Source: a virus (taxonomy: Duplodnaviria; Caudoviricetes). Taken from it: a DNA stretch of 53,582 bases. The notes under the pieces are model-generated. The model was not told the DNA's origin. It did no database searches and was given only the letters and a program-made list of their open reading frames with translations. Below, piece after piece: positions 18,516-27,715 of this stretch (position 1 is the first letter of the stretch; each line of letters opens with the position of its first letter). A program made the position numbers and the translations under genes. Location of the stretch: positions 1-53,582 of IMG/VR virus record IMGVR_UViG_3300006105_001565, one strand, 5' to 3'.

Positions 18516-18820
18516 ATTATTTGAGGTTTGTTTTTCCAAAATTGCCACCATCTTTTCTTAGGTGCAGGTTGACATTGAGAGAATGGATTATCCCCAAATG
18601 AAACTCTACCTAAGTATTTTGCTGACATCATATTTAAAAAGACTTCTTGATATTTTTCGGGAATACTATTGAAATCTGCCTCTATTTTTACGCTTAAAAC
18701 TATTCCGCCATTTTCAGGTGTGATTAGATTAAGTGTATCGTAAACACTCACTAATTGTGAGGTTTTCATTTCAATATTATTACCTCCACCTAAATTAATT
18801 TCCGCATCCTTCTTACTCAT
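18512..18820 (-). CDS. Hypothetical protein with KKRWWQFWK tail
   Basis: Start reassigned to ATG 18820 (MSKKD). Confidence 0.65.
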   Translation of the reverse strand: MSKKDAEINLGGGNNIEMKTSQLVSVYDTLNLITPENGGIVLSVKIEADFNSIPEKYQEVFLNMMSAKYLGRVSFGDNPFSQCQPAPKKRWWQFWKNKPQII

Positions 18821-18821
18821 T

Positions 18822-19094
18822 TTATTCAGTTTCGTGGTTATAAAATTGTTCAAAATCTTTTGCTGCCTTAGGATTTGTTTCATTTAGATGATCAAGACTT
18901 AACTCATATCTACCTGCTTCTACTTTTTCATCAAAAAGTTCTTGATATAAACTATCATTTTGGTTTTTAACAGTTTCAATATCTTTTTTTAACTTTTTGT
19001 AATCTGAGTTTTGATTGGTGTAATTAACTGTTATCGCCAATAATGTAACTGTAACTAATGCTAAACTTGCTCGTAATAATGTGTTTTCAGTCAT
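18822..19094 (-). CDS. Membrane-anchored coiled-coil protein
   Basis: Start ATG 19094 (MTENT) downstream of TATTTTTG at 19113-19120. Confidence 0.65.
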   Translation of the reverse strand: MTENTLLRASLALVTVTLLAITVNYTNQNSDYKKLKKDIETVKNQNDSLYQELFDEKVEAGRYELSLDHLNETNPKAAKDFEQFYNHETE

Positions 19095-19151
19095 ATGTTT
19101 ATATATTTTACACAAAAATAAGAATATTCTTTTAAATAACAAAATATTTTA

Positions 19152-20561
19152 TTAATTTTTTTTAATGAGGTCGTATTTGATTCTTTTTGCTTGTAAATTG
19201 GGTTCCTTTTCAAATCTTGTGGATAAAATATCCACGGCAGGTAAATACATAGGGTCAACTGGTGTATTAGCCTTACCATACATTTGTGAAAGAACTCCTT
19301 TTCTATACTGTAAATTAATTCTTTTTTTATTATTACGTAAAGATACATAAAAATATAATAAACCTTGTGCAAATTGGGTGTTCATACAATTTTTCATTAT
19401 ATGACCCTCAACTCTAAAATCATCTTCGCTAAGTAAAAATTTAGGTTTGAATACTTGGCCATCGATAACGATTTCCTCCTCGATTAATTTTATAAATTCA
19501 TCAGGTAATGAATACATTTGTTTATAGCCCTTATTCATATGAGATTTCATACTTGACCAAATATCCACAGTATATTCAAAATCGGCTGCAGTTTTGGATT
19601 TATATTTCAAATTGAAACCTCTTTCTTCAAGAAAGTCACGAGTTGATAGTAATCTATTAATTGAAAATAAAGCTGTTTCTGATCTAATATAATTTTTTTC
19701 CCAATTATTCAATAAAGACACCATACATTTTTTTTCAGCTTCGTTTTTAAGTGTATGAGTTTTCTTATTGAATGGTAGTGTATAGCAATGTATAGGCCAT
19801 TTAATTTGTTTTATATAATCAAGATAATTGTCACCAAACAATTTACAAAAATAATTAATTGTTTTTATGTATATCGGTGTTTCTATTCTACCCAATTCGG
19901 CAATTAAATATTTCGATTTAATACCATATGAATCTAAGACTGCAGGTAGAAATTTATTATCGTTTCTTACTAACCATTTTCTTAAAGGATAATCAAATTG
20001 AATATCATTATAAATCTTGTCGTGAGCTTTTATCCCTTTAACATCTAAATGATAATCCACTAAAAAATCATATAATGGACTTTCAACATATTTCTCAAGA
20101 TGTGGTTTATTTTTATAAAAATCAGATTTAAAGTTTGGTCTTAAAATCTCTTCGATTATTAAATATATTTTATCAATTGCTTTTTGATACTTAACACCCC
20201 AAAAACCACTTTTCTTTTCACCATAAATCATTCCATCGTCAATTGTGTCTCTTAATAATTCAAAATTATTTTTTTTATCTTTTTTCAACGTTCTAAAAAC
20301 AAGCATCGGCTTCGTTTTATTGTCACTGGGTAGTAAAAAATAAACACAATGAATATCGCCAGTTTTTATATTAACAGAAAAAAAATAACTATGTGTTATA
20401 CTTCTTTTTTCACCATAACGAGTATATTCGAAATGAAATTTCCCATCATAATAAATTGAAGTTTCATCTCGATTTAATGTTAATGAACAATTAGATTTTA
20501 TATCATCTAATTTTTTGTTCACTTTTTCTTGTCCATATTCAAATAATAAATCCATATACAA
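19152..20561 (-). CDS. PcfJ-like domain protein
   Basis: C-terminal LLSEDDFRVEGHIMKNCM...Q..GKAN; paralog of the next gene. Confidence 0.7.
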   Translation of the reverse strand: MYMDLLFEYGQEKVNKKLDDIKSNCSLTLNRDETSIYYDGKFHFEYTRYGEKRSITHSYFFSVNIKTGDIHCVYFLLPSDNKTKPMLVFRTLKKDKKNNFELLRDTIDDGMIYGEKKSGFWGVKYQKAIDKIYLIIEEILRPNFKSDFYKNKPHLEKYVESPLYDFLVDYHLDVKGIKAHDKIYNDIQFDYPLRKWLVRNDNKFLPAVLDSYGIKSKYLIAELGRIETPIYIKTINYFCKLFGDNYLDYIKQIKWPIHCYTLPFNKKTHTLKNEAEKKCMVSLLNNWEKNYIRSETALFSINRLLSTRDFLEERGFNLKYKSKTAADFEYTVDIWSSMKSHMNKGYKQMYSLPDEFIKLIEEEIVIDGQVFKPKFLLSEDDFRVEGHIMKNCMNTQFAQGLLYFYVSLRNNKKRINLQYRKGVLSQMYGKANTPVDPMYLPAVDILSTRFEKEPNLQAKRIKYDLIKKN

Positions 20562-20591
20562 AATATATATGGATTTATTGGAATTGTGTAG

Positions 20592-22463
20592 TTAAAATGG
20601 TAATGGTTCGTCTAATAATAATGCGAATGGATTACCTCTCATATTATTATCATTGGGTCTTCTTGGTTCCCTATCATCCTTTTGGATTTCGATACCATTT
20701 ATTTTGATAGGAACTTTTTTCTTTTCAATGGAATGAAGTAATCCGAGTCTTGCTAATTTTTTTACTGTCGGAGAAACTTTATCAATCGCTGTTTTTATGT
20801 AATCAGGTGGAGAAGCATTACAGAAATGTCTCGCTTGTATTAATTCTCCCGATTGACAATCATATTCACAAGTAACTCTATCCGACTTATCTTCGGTTCT
20901 AAATGAAACGATGATTGATTTATCTTTATCTGCATAAGAAGCCACACAATGATGCATATAAGAACCCTCTTCTTGGTATTCCTCATCTCTTTTTAAAATA
21001 TGAGGATAGATAGTTTTGATATCATTCATATCGGTTCCTTTCAATCCACCGCCTATTTCAATTGATTTGAATATTTTGATTGGAGCCTCTATTTCATTAA
21101 TCATCTTTTCGTGGAATTGATATTCAATTACCCAGCCTTTTCTTATTGCAGTTATTAATCGAGTAAATTGTATGTGTTCTTCATCGAATTCTTTTCTATT
21201 CTTTGCTCTCATTTGACAAGATGGATCATAAACTTTTATTTTATTAATCATATTGAAATGGTCTTCTATAAAATCAATAGTCATTCTCGGAACCCAACCA
21301 TCATTAAAAACTTTAACCAAATTTTCTTTTTCGTTATCGTTAATTGAATATTGGCATATTGCATTTAAATTATTTTTATGAATATGATTATAATTTTCTT
21401 TATTATAATTTGAAAATAATTCAGGTCTTATAGAGCCCAAATATTTGGGGAAATCTTTACCGAAATATGAACACAATTTAGTTAAAAATTTTATGTCTAT
21501 ATTTCCGCAAGTATGGCATAATTTGATAGTTACTTTTGATTTAATCCCACACATATCTAAAATAGATGCAATCAATTTTCTATCATTTTTTTTCAGATAT
21601 TTTTCTGTTGGGTATAGTTTTATCAATAAATCCGAATAATTGTTTGGAACTTTTATTTGTTTAGTCTTAACAAATAATTCAAGAAAACTTTCAAGAAATT
21701 TATCTGGGTCTAAATTTATATTTTTATCTAACCCTAAAGCATTTTGCATTGCTTCGGAAAATTCATTATTATCAAATATATCATTAAATTCTTTAAATAA
21801 TCTACTTGTTTTCGACAAAAAATGTTCATTAATTTTAAAAACACCTATATGTGAATTAATAAAATTTTGTAGACTTATGAAACAATTTTTTCTGAATCTC
21901 TTAGATTTACTTTTTCCTGATGAATTAATATGGGTTACAGTGAAATTACCAGTTTTAGTATTGAAAGTTAATGAATCAACTGAAAACCCTTTTTTAAAAT
22001 ATATACAATTAACACCTCTTCTTTTGTAGTGTCTGTATACTTTCATGGTGATTTTGTCGTCGTGTCTTCTTACTGATCTTTCAATTACAGAAATTGATAT
22101 TTCTGAAAATGGATTACCAAAATGTCTTTTTATTTGATTATCTTTTGTTGTATCAAAACAGTTGGTGTGTAATCTATGATTTTTATAAGCATAATTAAAT
22201 TGTAAATTTTCACCTACCTCCTGGTTATTATAGAAAAATTTTGTTTTTTTCTTTTTATTGAAAGGTTCAGTAAATGAAATACTTCTCCCGATTGGAAGTT
22301 TTAATGCCCTTTCAAATAAATTATGCCACTTTTCTTCCCCATCAATAACTTCCAAATCGTCATTAAAAGTGTTTGAGGATGATTTTTTCTCACTTAATTT
22401 GCAATAGTTTTTGAATGGAACAATTGATGCGTAGTTAAATCTTTGTGTTAGTATATCTTCCAT
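20592..22463 (-). CDS. PcfJ-like domain protein
   Basis: EEYQEEGSYMHHCVASY...RVTCEY...QARHFCN. Confidence 0.78.
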   Translation of the reverse strand: MEDILTQRFNYASIVPFKNYCKLSEKKSSSNTFNDDLEVIDGEEKWHNLFERALKLPIGRSISFTEPFNKKKKTKFFYNNQEVGENLQFNYAYKNHRLHTNCFDTTKDNQIKRHFGNPFSEISISVIERSVRRHDDKITMKVYRHYKRRGVNCIYFKKGFSVDSLTFNTKTGNFTVTHINSSGKSKSKRFRKNCFISLQNFINSHIGVFKINEHFLSKTSRLFKEFNDIFDNNEFSEAMQNALGLDKNINLDPDKFLESFLELFVKTKQIKVPNNYSDLLIKLYPTEKYLKKNDRKLIASILDMCGIKSKVTIKLCHTCGNIDIKFLTKLCSYFGKDFPKYLGSIRPELFSNYNKENYNHIHKNNLNAICQYSINDNEKENLVKVFNDGWVPRMTIDFIEDHFNMINKIKVYDPSCQMRAKNRKEFDEEHIQFTRLITAIRKGWVIEYQFHEKMINEIEAPIKIFKSIEIGGGLKGTDMNDIKTIYPHILKRDEEYQEEGSYMHHCVASYADKDKSIIVSFRTEDKSDRVTCEYDCQSGELIQARHFCNASPPDYIKTAIDKVSPTVKKLARLGLLHSIEKKKVPIKINGIEIQKDDREPRRPNDNNMRGNPFALLLDEPLPF

Positions 22464-22479
22464 AAAGAGAATTGTTGGA

Positions 22480-22519
22480 CAAATATAATGAAAATTACCA
22501 AATTACCAGAATATTTATA
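22480..22519. promoter_or_regulatory. Divergent promoters: minus TATATTTG (22480-22487) and plus TATTTATA (22512-22519)
   Basis: Back-to-back motifs between divergent ATGs 22463 and 22532. Confidence 0.55.
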
Positions 22520-22531
22520 ATAAATATTTTT

Positions 22532-22669
22532 ATGGCGAAAGCAACAACAAAAGGTGGCGGGTCGAGTAACAAAGTTACTTTTGGTAAAAGAAAACAAGGA
22601 CAACCAGGTGGAAAAAAATCATATAACAAACATAGCCCAAGACCAAAAGCGTCTCGTGGTCAAGGATAA
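22532..22669 (+). CDS. Small basic Gly/Lys-rich protein ending RGQG (45 aa)
   Basis: MAKATTKGGG...PRPKASRGQG; start reassigned to ATG 22532 after TATTTATA. Confidence 0.7.
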   Translation: MAKATTKGGGSSNKVTFGKRKQGQPGGKKSYNKHSPRPKASRGQG

Positions 22670-22670
22670 T

Positions 22671-23471
22671 TTAACCTAAAAAGTCCAAATAATCCTTTAA
22701 CCCCAACTCTAAATTATACTTGGGTAACCAATTCTGCATCCACTTAAGTGGATTACTTTTTGTATAAAATTGGTAACCTTTAGGTATTTTATTGGCGTCG
22801 TGATATGTGAACCCTACACCAATTATACTTAAAACATCCTCGAAGGTTCTCGCTTCTCCACTTCCCACTTCATACCAGTTACCTTTTAAATTGTCATAGT
22901 TCTGAACGGCAAATAAATTAGCACTTATAATGTCTTTTACATAAACAAAATCCCTTTTGGGAAAAGATGGGAATAATTTGATTTCTTCGCCTTTCTTTTG
23001 TTTCTCTAGCATTTGATATGCAACTGATGCCATCTTCCCTTTTTGGTCCTCATATGGGCCGTAAACGTTGAAATAACGTAACCCTATTCCACCATTTGAA
23101 ACAACATAACCTTCAGCAACATATTTGCTCCATCCGTATAGATTTGACGGATATAAGTTATTTGTTCCGTAATTTGCTGCAGATGAAGAATAAATCATTT
23201 TAGCGTTATTGAATACACTATAATCCACTAAAATCTTGGTAAACTCATAGTTTCTTGTCATCATATAATTGACATTCTGTTCAAGAGTATCAGAACAAGC
23301 GCCAACGTGATAAATAATATCTGGTCCAAATGAATTCAATTGATTGTGTAAATCGATCACCCAATCTTCTGAATCGAAAATATCTTCATTAATTTCTAAT
23401 ATATCGCCATTCAATTCCTTTAACAGGTTTTTACCTATGAATCCTTTTGTTCCTGTAATTAATATTTTCAT
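22671..23471 (-). CDS. hldD: ADP-L-glycero-D-manno-heptose 6-epimerase-like extended SDR
   Basis: GTKGFIG, HVGACSDT, SSSAANYG, YGWSK, LRYFNVYGP.E.QKGKMASVA, RDFVYVKD, YQFYT. Confidence 0.85.
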   Translation of the reverse strand: MKILITGTKGFIGKNLLKELNGDILEINEDIFDSEDWVIDLHNQLNSFGPDIIYHVGACSDTLEQNVNYMMTRNYEFTKILVDYSVFNNAKMIYSSSAANYGTNNLYPSNLYGWSKYVAEGYVVSNGGIGLRYFNVYGPYEDQKGKMASVAYQMLEKQKKGEEIKLFPSFPKRDFVYVKDIISANLFAVQNYDNLKGNWYEVGSGEARTFEDVLSIIGVGFTYHDANKIPKGYQFYTKSNPLKWMQNWLPKYNLELGLKDYLDFLG

Positions 23472-23472
23472 A

Positions 23473-23670
23473 TTATTTTGCTATTTTTTGAAATTGGAAA
23501 CCAACCATATATTGTAACCATCTTAATGTTATACCCCAACAAGGTGCCATTTTACCATCATCGTAAATTTGGTACTTGTCATAATAAAAAATAATTGCGG
23601 GAAAAATAAACCAATAATTTTTTTTCTTATAAACAAAAAAATCTTTATAATAGTTTTTAAACATATTCAA
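23473..23670 (-). CDS. Small aromatic-rich hypothetical protein
   Basis: ORF in array; true start probably the second Met. Confidence 0.55.
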   Translation of the reverse strand: MNMFKNYYKDFFVYKKKNYWFIFPAIIFYYDKYQIYDDGKMAPCWGITLRWLQYMVGFQFQKIAK

Positions 23671-23705
23671 TTTTATTTAATATTGAATTCCACAACGAAT
23701 CCTTA

Positions 23706-23885
23706 TTATGATTTCTTTTTACCTTTAATATAACTCATAACCATATTGATAGAACCTAAACTCGCACTTCCCCAACCAAAATATTTTTCGAGTTGTGGAT
23801 TAGCACCAGGAATACCATATTTCTCAATTAGTAGACCCGTTATTATCATCATTATGTAAACTACTTCCTTGATCCTTATTTTCAT
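23706..23885 (-). CDS. Small two-TM protein (59 aa, not in ORF track)
   Basis: MKIRIKEVVYIMMIITGLLIEKYGIPG...YIKGKKKS. Confidence 0.55.
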   Translation of the reverse strand: MKIRIKEVVYIMMIITGLLIEKYGIPGANPQLEKYFGWGSASLGSINMVMSYIKGKKKS

Positions 23886-24075
23886 TTTGTTTTAATTTAG
23901 ATAAACATTTATAAATGCAGTGTGATTCAGTTAAAGAATACATCCCTTTTTGTTGGCCGAAGTCAATAACCAGTTCAAGTATCTTGAGAGCAGTTGTTTT
24001 ATCTAGCTTACTGACAAAGTCTTCCAATTCCTGAGATGTTTCAAATTCAAATAATCCGCCGAATATACTTTCCAT
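23824..24075 (-). CDS. Hypothetical protein
   Basis: TATATTTG at 24080-24087 directly upstream. Confidence 0.65.
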   Translation of the reverse strand: MESIFGGLFEFETSQELEDFVSKLDKTTALKILELVIDFGQQKGMYSLTESHCIYKCLSKLKQNENKDQGSSLHNDDNNGSTN

Positions 24076-24122
24076 AAATCAAATATATTAAATTATTTTG
24101 AAAAAAACAAATAATTATAGAT

Positions 24123-24488
24123 ATGGTACATATTAATGGTGAAACTTTCCCTGCTGAATATCTTCACGAACCCGAGGAACAACAAAAAGGTATGATGGGA
24201 CGCGATAAATTGAATGGTTGTATGGTTTTCCCTATGGGTCAAGGCCATCATTCATTTTGGATGCACGGCTGTAAAATACCTTTGGATATTATTTTTGTAA
24301 ACAAAAACATAATTAGTAGAATACACCATAATTGTCCTATTCCAAATAATGAACCAGAGTTACCAAAATACACCGGTATTGGTGATCACGTCATTGAATT
24401 TCCTGGTGGCACTGCTCTGAGTAAAAATTGGAAGGTAGGAAACAAAGTTAAAATGTACCTTGGGGCTCCTGAGAATCCTGTACGTTAA
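24123..24488 (+). CDS. DUF192 family protein
   Basis: KGMMGR, MVF, FWM....PLDIIF, VIEFPGG. Confidence 0.85.
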   Translation: MVHINGETFPAEYLHEPEEQQKGMMGRDKLNGCMVFPMGQGHHSFWMHGCKIPLDIIFVNKNIISRIHHNCPIPNNEPELPKYTGIGDHVIEFPGGTALSKNWKVGNKVKMYLGAPENPVR

Positions 24489-25134
24489 CCGAACTAATTC
24501 TTTTTCTTGCAATTTCACAATATTTCGGGTCTATTTCATAGGATATTGTATTGTAACCTAATTCATAAGCAACTTTACTTGTGGTACCACTTCCACCAAA
24601 AACATCGATTATTAAATCGTCTTTTTTTGCTGTTGTTAGTATAATTCGTTTGATAACTTCTTCAGGGATTTGACAAGGATGTTCTGTTTTTTCCTTACTT
24701 ACATTCTTAATTTGATTAATTTCCCACCAATCATATATTTTTGCACCTAATTTACCATCGGCGATTCTTTGCATTATACGCTTATCCTTAAGGTTCTTAT
24801 ATGGTTGAATGACTTTTCTGAAATCAGGTTTACATCCCCAAAAACTAATGGATCTACTTTGTTTACCCGTATTAGAATTATAAACCCAAGTAACAACTTG
24901 TTCACATTGACTTTTCATAGCCAAAGGTAACAAATTAATAGTTTCTTCAGGATAATGAATAATAACACAAGGTTGTGGAATTTTCGATAATAACTCAATA
25001 TATTCCTCAACTTTCAATTTATCTTTATATTGATTATAGGAATAGTCTTGATTGTATGGAGGATCGGTTATTGTTAAACCTTTTGGAATTTCACAATTTC
25101 TGAAATCATTATTAATTACTTCAAATGTATTCAT
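24448..25134 (-). CDS. DNA methyltransferase, N6/N4 beta class
   Basis: TDPPYN precedes HPCQIP and DVFGGSGTT, EIDPKY. Confidence 0.9.
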   Translation of the reverse strand: MNTFEVINNDFRNCEIPKGLTITDPPYNQDYSYNQYKDKLKVEEYIELLSKIPQPCVIIHYPEETINLLPLAMKSQCEQVVTWVYNSNTGKQSRSISFWGCKPDFRKVIQPYKNLKDKRIMQRIADGKLGAKIYDWWEINQIKNVSKEKTEHPCQIPEEVIKRIILTTAKKDDLIIDVFGGSGTTSKVAYELGYNTISYEIDPKYCEIARKRISSVNVQDSQEPQGTF

Positions 25135-25137
25135 ATC

Positions 25138-25815
25138 TTATTCTATTTCTTCAGTTTTTGGTTCTAAATTAAGGAAATTATATTTAACTCGTGGTTTTGT
25201 TTTTTCAAACACCCAAAAATAACTATGGTATTTCCGTGCGTGTTGCTGTCTTGTCCATTTAGTACCGAAACTATTAATTCTAACATTGCTCGTTAATATA
25301 AACAAATCTTTGGGGTAAAACCCTATTTCCATAGCCATATTCATAATCATTGTGTGGGTAAAATGATTTTTACCACTTGAAACCGTATCTTGACATTTGA
25401 AGACCACAATACCTTTATTTGCTGATACTCTATATAACTCCTTTAATGAATTGTAATAGTTTTTCATTAGGTCTTCATATGTCGCATAACCCTCAAATCT
25501 CTTAGCAATAATTGAACTACCTTCTTTATTATCTTTATAAGTCGCTCCGGCTATTACAAACGGAGGATCGTACATTATACTATTCATAGAACCATCATCA
25601 AATGGTAAATTTTCCGAGCTTGCTTCAACAACTGTTTCATTTACAGGAAAAATATCAGACTTATATTTTGGCCCCTTCAATCCTTTCCAAAAATTACCTT
25701 TAGAATACGTACAATCTAAATCAAATTGTTCGATATTATAAAGTTTCATAATATTATTAATCGCTTCGAAATTCGATTCACAAACGCTCTTAACCATTTT
25801 AAAGTCCTTATCCAT
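25138..25815 (-). CDS. Putative DNA amino-methyltransferase
   Basis: DCTYSKGNFW SAM-binding-like motif, YDPPF catalytic motif, VFKCQD, HSYFWVF. Confidence 0.75.
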   Translation of the reverse strand: MDKDFKMVKSVCESNFEAINNIMKLYNIEQFDLDCTYSKGNFWKGLKGPKYKSDIFPVNETVVEASSENLPFDDGSMNSIMYDPPFVIAGATYKDNKEGSSIIAKRFEGYATYEDLMKNYYNSLKELYRVSANKGIVVFKCQDTVSSGKNHFTHTMIMNMAMEIGFYPKDLFILTSNVRINSFGTKWTRQQHARKYHSYFWVFEKTKPRVKYNFLNLEPKTEEIE

Positions 25816-25880
25816 TGATTTTTTAAAAAGTTTTTTGTATCTTTTTTAAAATATAAGGAATTAATTCCAATAAACCAAAA

Positions 25881-25888
25881 TATTTATA
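25881..25888 (+). promoter_or_regulatory. Putative late promoter TATTTATA
   Basis: 14 nt upstream of ATG 25903. Confidence 0.55.
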
Positions 25889-25902
25889 AAAAAAGATTTA
25901 CT

Positions 25903-26073
25903 ATGGCTTGCGGATGTAAACAAAAAGGTAATAACGTTCAACCTCAAAATCAAACTAACAACGTTAAAGTAAAAATAACTGAAAATGCTGGTAATGTTCC
26001 TGTTACCACAAAACAAAACGAGCAAGTTGATGTTATTTTGAACAAAATTAAAGAGTTTCAAACAAAAAAATAA
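25903..26073 (+). CDS. Small protein with MACGCK N-terminus (56 aa, not in ORF track)
   Basis: Translated manually; flanked by the promoter motif and a terminator. Confidence 0.75.
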   Translation: MACGCKQKGNNVQPQNQTNNVKVKITENAGNVPVTTKQNEQVDVILNKIKEFQTKK

Positions 26074-26076
26074 AAT

Positions 26077-26114
26077 ATCAGGCAGATAGTTTGACTTTCT
26101 GCTTGATTTTTTTT
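26077..26114 (+). terminator. Rho-independent terminator
   Basis: ATCAGGCAGA...TCTGCTTGAT followed by a T-tract. Confidence 0.75.
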
Positions 26115-26149
26115 ATATTTTACATATATATTGAATATATATAAATTTT

Positions 26150-26347
26150 ATGAAGAAAGAAGTGAAATTAACTAGTGTAAATTTAGTTAAAGACGTATAT
26201 AATACTTTTAGGACAAATACAGCGGAAACTGATATGAATTTTCAAAAACTTGTTAATAGGTCATTGGACTTATATAACAAAGATGAGAATTTTAGAGATA
26301 AAATCAATTCACACGAAACATTAGGAGTTAAAAATTCAAAGTATTAA
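26150..26347 (+). CDS. Small possible ribbon-helix-helix DNA-binding protein
   Basis: KLTSVNL strand then two helices (FQKLVNRSLDLY); first gene of the glycosylation operon. Confidence 0.55.
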   Translation: MKKEVKLTSVNLVKDVYNTFRTNTAETDMNFQKLVNRSLDLYNKDENFRDKINSHETLGVKNSKY

Positions 26348-26350
26348 TTA

Positions 26351-27715
26351 ATGGCCAAGAAGAAAATATTACTAATGTCAGATGATTTAAGAATGACATC
26401 GGGTGTATCAACTATGTCCAAAGAACTTGTATTGGGCACCATTGACAAATACGATTGGGTTCAATTAGGTTCAGGTATAAATCATCCTGAAATAGGATTA
26501 ATGGTGGATATAGATGAGGATGTTAGAAAAAGAACTGGTATAACTGATGCGTCTCTTAAAATATATCCAAGTAATGGGTTTGGTAATTTTGATATTCTTA
26601 AAAATTTAATTAAAATTGAGAAACCGGATGTCATTCTTCATTTCACTGATCCGCATTATTGGCAGTGGGTGTATGAAAATGAACACGAAATAAGAAGACA
26701 GATACCTTTACTTTATTACCACGTATGGGATAACATTCCCGATCCGCTTTATAATAGAAATTATTATGAAAGTTGTGATTGGATAGGTTGTATTTCTAAA
26801 TTAACTTATGGAATGGTAAATCGTGTTGGTAAATTAAATGATAAATCAACATACAAACCATTAGAAGATTGGCAAATCAGTTATGTGCCACACGGTATTA
26901 ATCCTGAGGTTTATAAACCATTAGATTCGATAAATGATGATGTTTATAATTTTGTTAATGGTAATAAAAAATATGATTTCATATTATATTATAATAATAG
27001 AAACATAAGAAGAAAACAATCTAGTGATGTTATATTATCTTACAAACTATTTTGTGATAGATTATCCAAAGAAAAAGCAGAAAAATGTTTGTTATTAATG
27101 CATACACATCCAATCGACGAAAATGGAACAAACTTACCAGTAGTTGTTGATACCTTATGCTATGATTATGATGTTATGTTTGATAATCGTATACTTGAAC
27201 AAAATATAATTAATGAATTTTATAATCTTGCTGATTGTACAATCAATATAGCAAATAATGAAGGATTCGGTTTAGGAACAGCCGAAAGTATTATGGCAGG
27301 TACACCAATTATTGTTAATGTTACAGGTGGTTTACAAGATCAATGTGGATTCGAATATAGTCCTAATGATTATATAAAAATTGGTTCATTACACGATCGT
27401 AAAAATTTAAAAGATACTCCAAAACACGGCGAATGGGTTGTCCCCGTTTGGCCATCTGCAATAAATGTAAATGGTTCAATACCAACTCCATATATTTTTG
27501 AAGATAGAGTCAATAATCACGAAGTTGCAGATGCTATAATGAAAATTTATAATTGGACAAAAGAGGAAAGAAAAACAAAAGGAAAAGAAGGTAGAGAGTG
27601 GGCTAAGAAAAATCTTTCGAATAAAATTATGTGTGACTCTCTAACAGATGGTATAGAAAATACAATAAACAATTTTAAACCAAAAGAAAGATTCAATCTT
27701 TATAAAATAATATGA
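26351..27715 (+). CDS. GT4 (GT-B) glycosyltransferase
   Basis: VPHGI, NRNIRRK, NEGFGLGTAESIMAGTPII. Confidence 0.9.
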   Translation: MAKKKILLMSDDLRMTSGVSTMSKELVLGTIDKYDWVQLGSGINHPEIGLMVDIDEDVRKRTGITDASLKIYPSNGFGNFDILKNLIKIEKPDVILHFTDPHYWQWVYENEHEIRRQIPLLYYHVWDNIPDPLYNRNYYESCDWIGCISKLTYGMVNRVGKLNDKSTYKPLEDWQISYVPHGINPEVYKPLDSINDDVYNFVNGNKKYDFILYYNNRNIRRKQSSDVILSYKLFCDRLSKEKAEKCLLLMHTHPIDENGTNLPVVVDTLCYDYDVMFDNRILEQNIINEFYNLADCTINIANNEGFGLGTAESIMAGTPIIVNVTGGLQDQCGFEYSPNDYIKIGSLHDRKNLKDTPKHGEWVVPVWPSAINVNGSIPTPYIFEDRVNNHEVADAIMKIYNWTKEERKTKGKEGREWAKKNLSNKIMCDSLTDGIENTINNFKPKERFNLYKII

